Made by a program: the position numbers and the translations under genes. 64,000 nucleotides of DNA from an uncultured cyanobacterium (GTDB lineage: Bacteria > Cyanobacteriota > Cyanobacteriia > Cyanobacteriales > Nostocaceae), in contig OY970166.1 of the NCBI GenBank assembly GCA_963706595.1, positions 64,001-128,000 of the forward strand, read 5' to 3'. The notes under the pieces were generated by a model. It was not told where the DNA came from. It saw nothing but the letters and a program-made list of their open reading frames with translations, and made no database searches. This document shows positions 62,767 to 64,000 of this stretch, one piece after another (position 1 is the first letter of the stretch; the number at the start of each line of letters is the position of its first letter).

Positions 62767-63531
62767 CTAATCAGGACTTTGCTTAAACGGATATACCACT
62801 ACCCAATCTAATGACAATATCGGCGGAAAAAGCTCAACTTTTGCCACGGATGCCGGAGATTGCTTTAAATCTAAAGATTTAACTCGTCCTACTGGCACAC
62901 CCGCAGGAAATTTCTGACTATAGGTAGATGTAGAAATTAAATCTCCTACTTTGACATTGGGAACTTTTTCATAAAACTCCAGTACAGCTTCCGCAGAAGC
63001 ATCTCCCCGCAAAACACCCTTGGCTGAGGTGCGGTTAATTGTTACACCCACTTGACTCTTGAGGTCACTAATTAACAACACGCGACTAGTATTAGGAGTT
63101 ACATTCTCTACCAAACCCACCAAGCCGCCATCAGTTTTGACAACAAAACCTTCTTCAATGCCTGCATTCGAGCCACGATTCAGGGTCACTTGTTGCCACC
63201 AGTGGTCAGCGCTACGTCCCACTACCCGCGCTGGAATTGGGCGCGATGTCAGTGGCGCTTTCTCAAAGTAGCCTAATAAATTTTGGAGCTTTTCATTTTG
63301 ATTTTCTAAATCAGCTATGCGCGTTTGCAACTCCAAAAAGCGGGCATCATTCAGACGTTCTTCTGGACTTGGACTTGTCTGTAACATTTGCAACGGACGA
63401 CTGACGACTTGATACATTTCCCACAGTAAATGACCTTGAGTCTGTCTCAACATCCAGGCACTACTCACTAAGACAGTGAGCAAACTGAGTTGTAGTAATT
63501 TACGATCCCACCAACGACGTGAAGTAACCAT
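62767..63531 (-). CDS. mreC: Rod shape-determining protein MreC
   Basis: Coiled coil, ARVVGRS, LNRGS..GI, GLVG, S.VLLISD, FPAGVPVG.V. Confidence 0.93.
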   Translation of the reverse strand: MVTSRRWWDRKLLQLSLLTVLVSSAWMLRQTQGHLLWEMYQVVSRPLQMLQTSPSPEERLNDARFLELQTRIADLENQNEKLQNLLGYFEKAPLTSRPIPARVVGRSADHWWQQVTLNRGSNAGIEEGFVVKTDGGLVGLVENVTPNTSRVLLISDLKSQVGVTINRTSAKGVLRGDASAEAVLEFYEKVPNVKVGDLISTSTYSQKFPAGVPVGRVKSLDLKQSPASVAKVELFPPILSLDWVVVYPFKQSPD

Positions 63532-63625
63532 CTATACCTAATTTTATAAATTCACAAGATATTAGATTCTATTTATATGAAACCCAAATCCAACCCAAAT
63601 AGAACCCAATATCTAATATTTCTAA

Positions 63626-64000
63626 CTACGTATTGCGAAAACGCCCACTGAAAACACGTTCTAGCTGTTTAAAGTTTTCTAACACACGACCTGTTCCCAG
63701 TACAACACAACAGAGAGGATCAGCTGCAATGTGGGTAACAATCCCTGTTTCATGGCTAATGAGGGTATCTATGCCTTTAAGCAAAGCACCACCACCAGCT
63801 AGCATAATCCCTCGATCAATAATGTCTGAGGCTAATTCTGGAGGCGTGCGTTCCAGTGTCCGCTTCACAGCTTCTATGATCACTGATATCGGTTCCAACA
63901 TACATTCACGAATTTCTGCCCCTTTGAGTGTGACAGTTCTTGGTAAACCAGAAAGCAAGTGTAAGCCTCTAACTTCCATCATCGCATCATCCTGGTCATT
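63626..64000 (-). CDS. mreB: MreB, 3' part (truncated by the window edge)
   Basis: LERTPPELASDIIDRGIMLAGGGALL, ADPL.CV..GTG. Confidence 0.95.
   Translation of the reverse strand, partial: NDQDDAMMEVRGLHLLSGLPRTVTLKGAEIRECMLEPISVIIEAVKRTLERTPPELASDIIDRGIMLAGGGALLKGIDTLISHETGIVTHIAADPLCCVVLGTGRVLENFKQLERVFSGRFRNT

Overview
AT-rich chromosomal segment of a filamentous, probably heterocyst-forming cyanobacterium (Nostocales-like: abundant HIP1 GCGATCGC sites, heptamer STRR arrays, SDR/MITE-type small repeats, ndhA-I-G-E-nadK operon). Most of it is housekeeping: lpdA, trpC, treS, gltA, sixA, alr, dapB, cobH, ribD, mreBCD, tRNA-Arg(CCG) and tRNA-Leu(TAG). It also holds one complete IS4-family (IS50-like) element and a TnpB/IS605 right-end remnant. 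The most interesting items are: (1) a Zur-boxed three-gene operon encoding a degenerate CobW-like P-loop protein plus two calcineurin-like phosphoesterase paralogs, one with Cys-substituted metal ligands and one apparently catalytically dead; (2) a hybrid kinase combining an ETR1-type ethylene-binding domain with an insert-Cys cyanobacteriochrome GAF; (3) a Pix/Ptx-like chemosensory cluster whose MCP has no photosensory GAF domains; (4) an orphan DpdE-like SNF2 helicase; (5) nested mobile elements (IS inside a hairpin repeat inside a MITE, and 21-nt inserts in HIP1 sites, one in-frame in cheA); (6) a candidate ~140-nt sRNA. Five genes carry single +1 frameshifts in short homopolymers, most likely sequencing errors. 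All family assignments come from motif recognition, not database searches.
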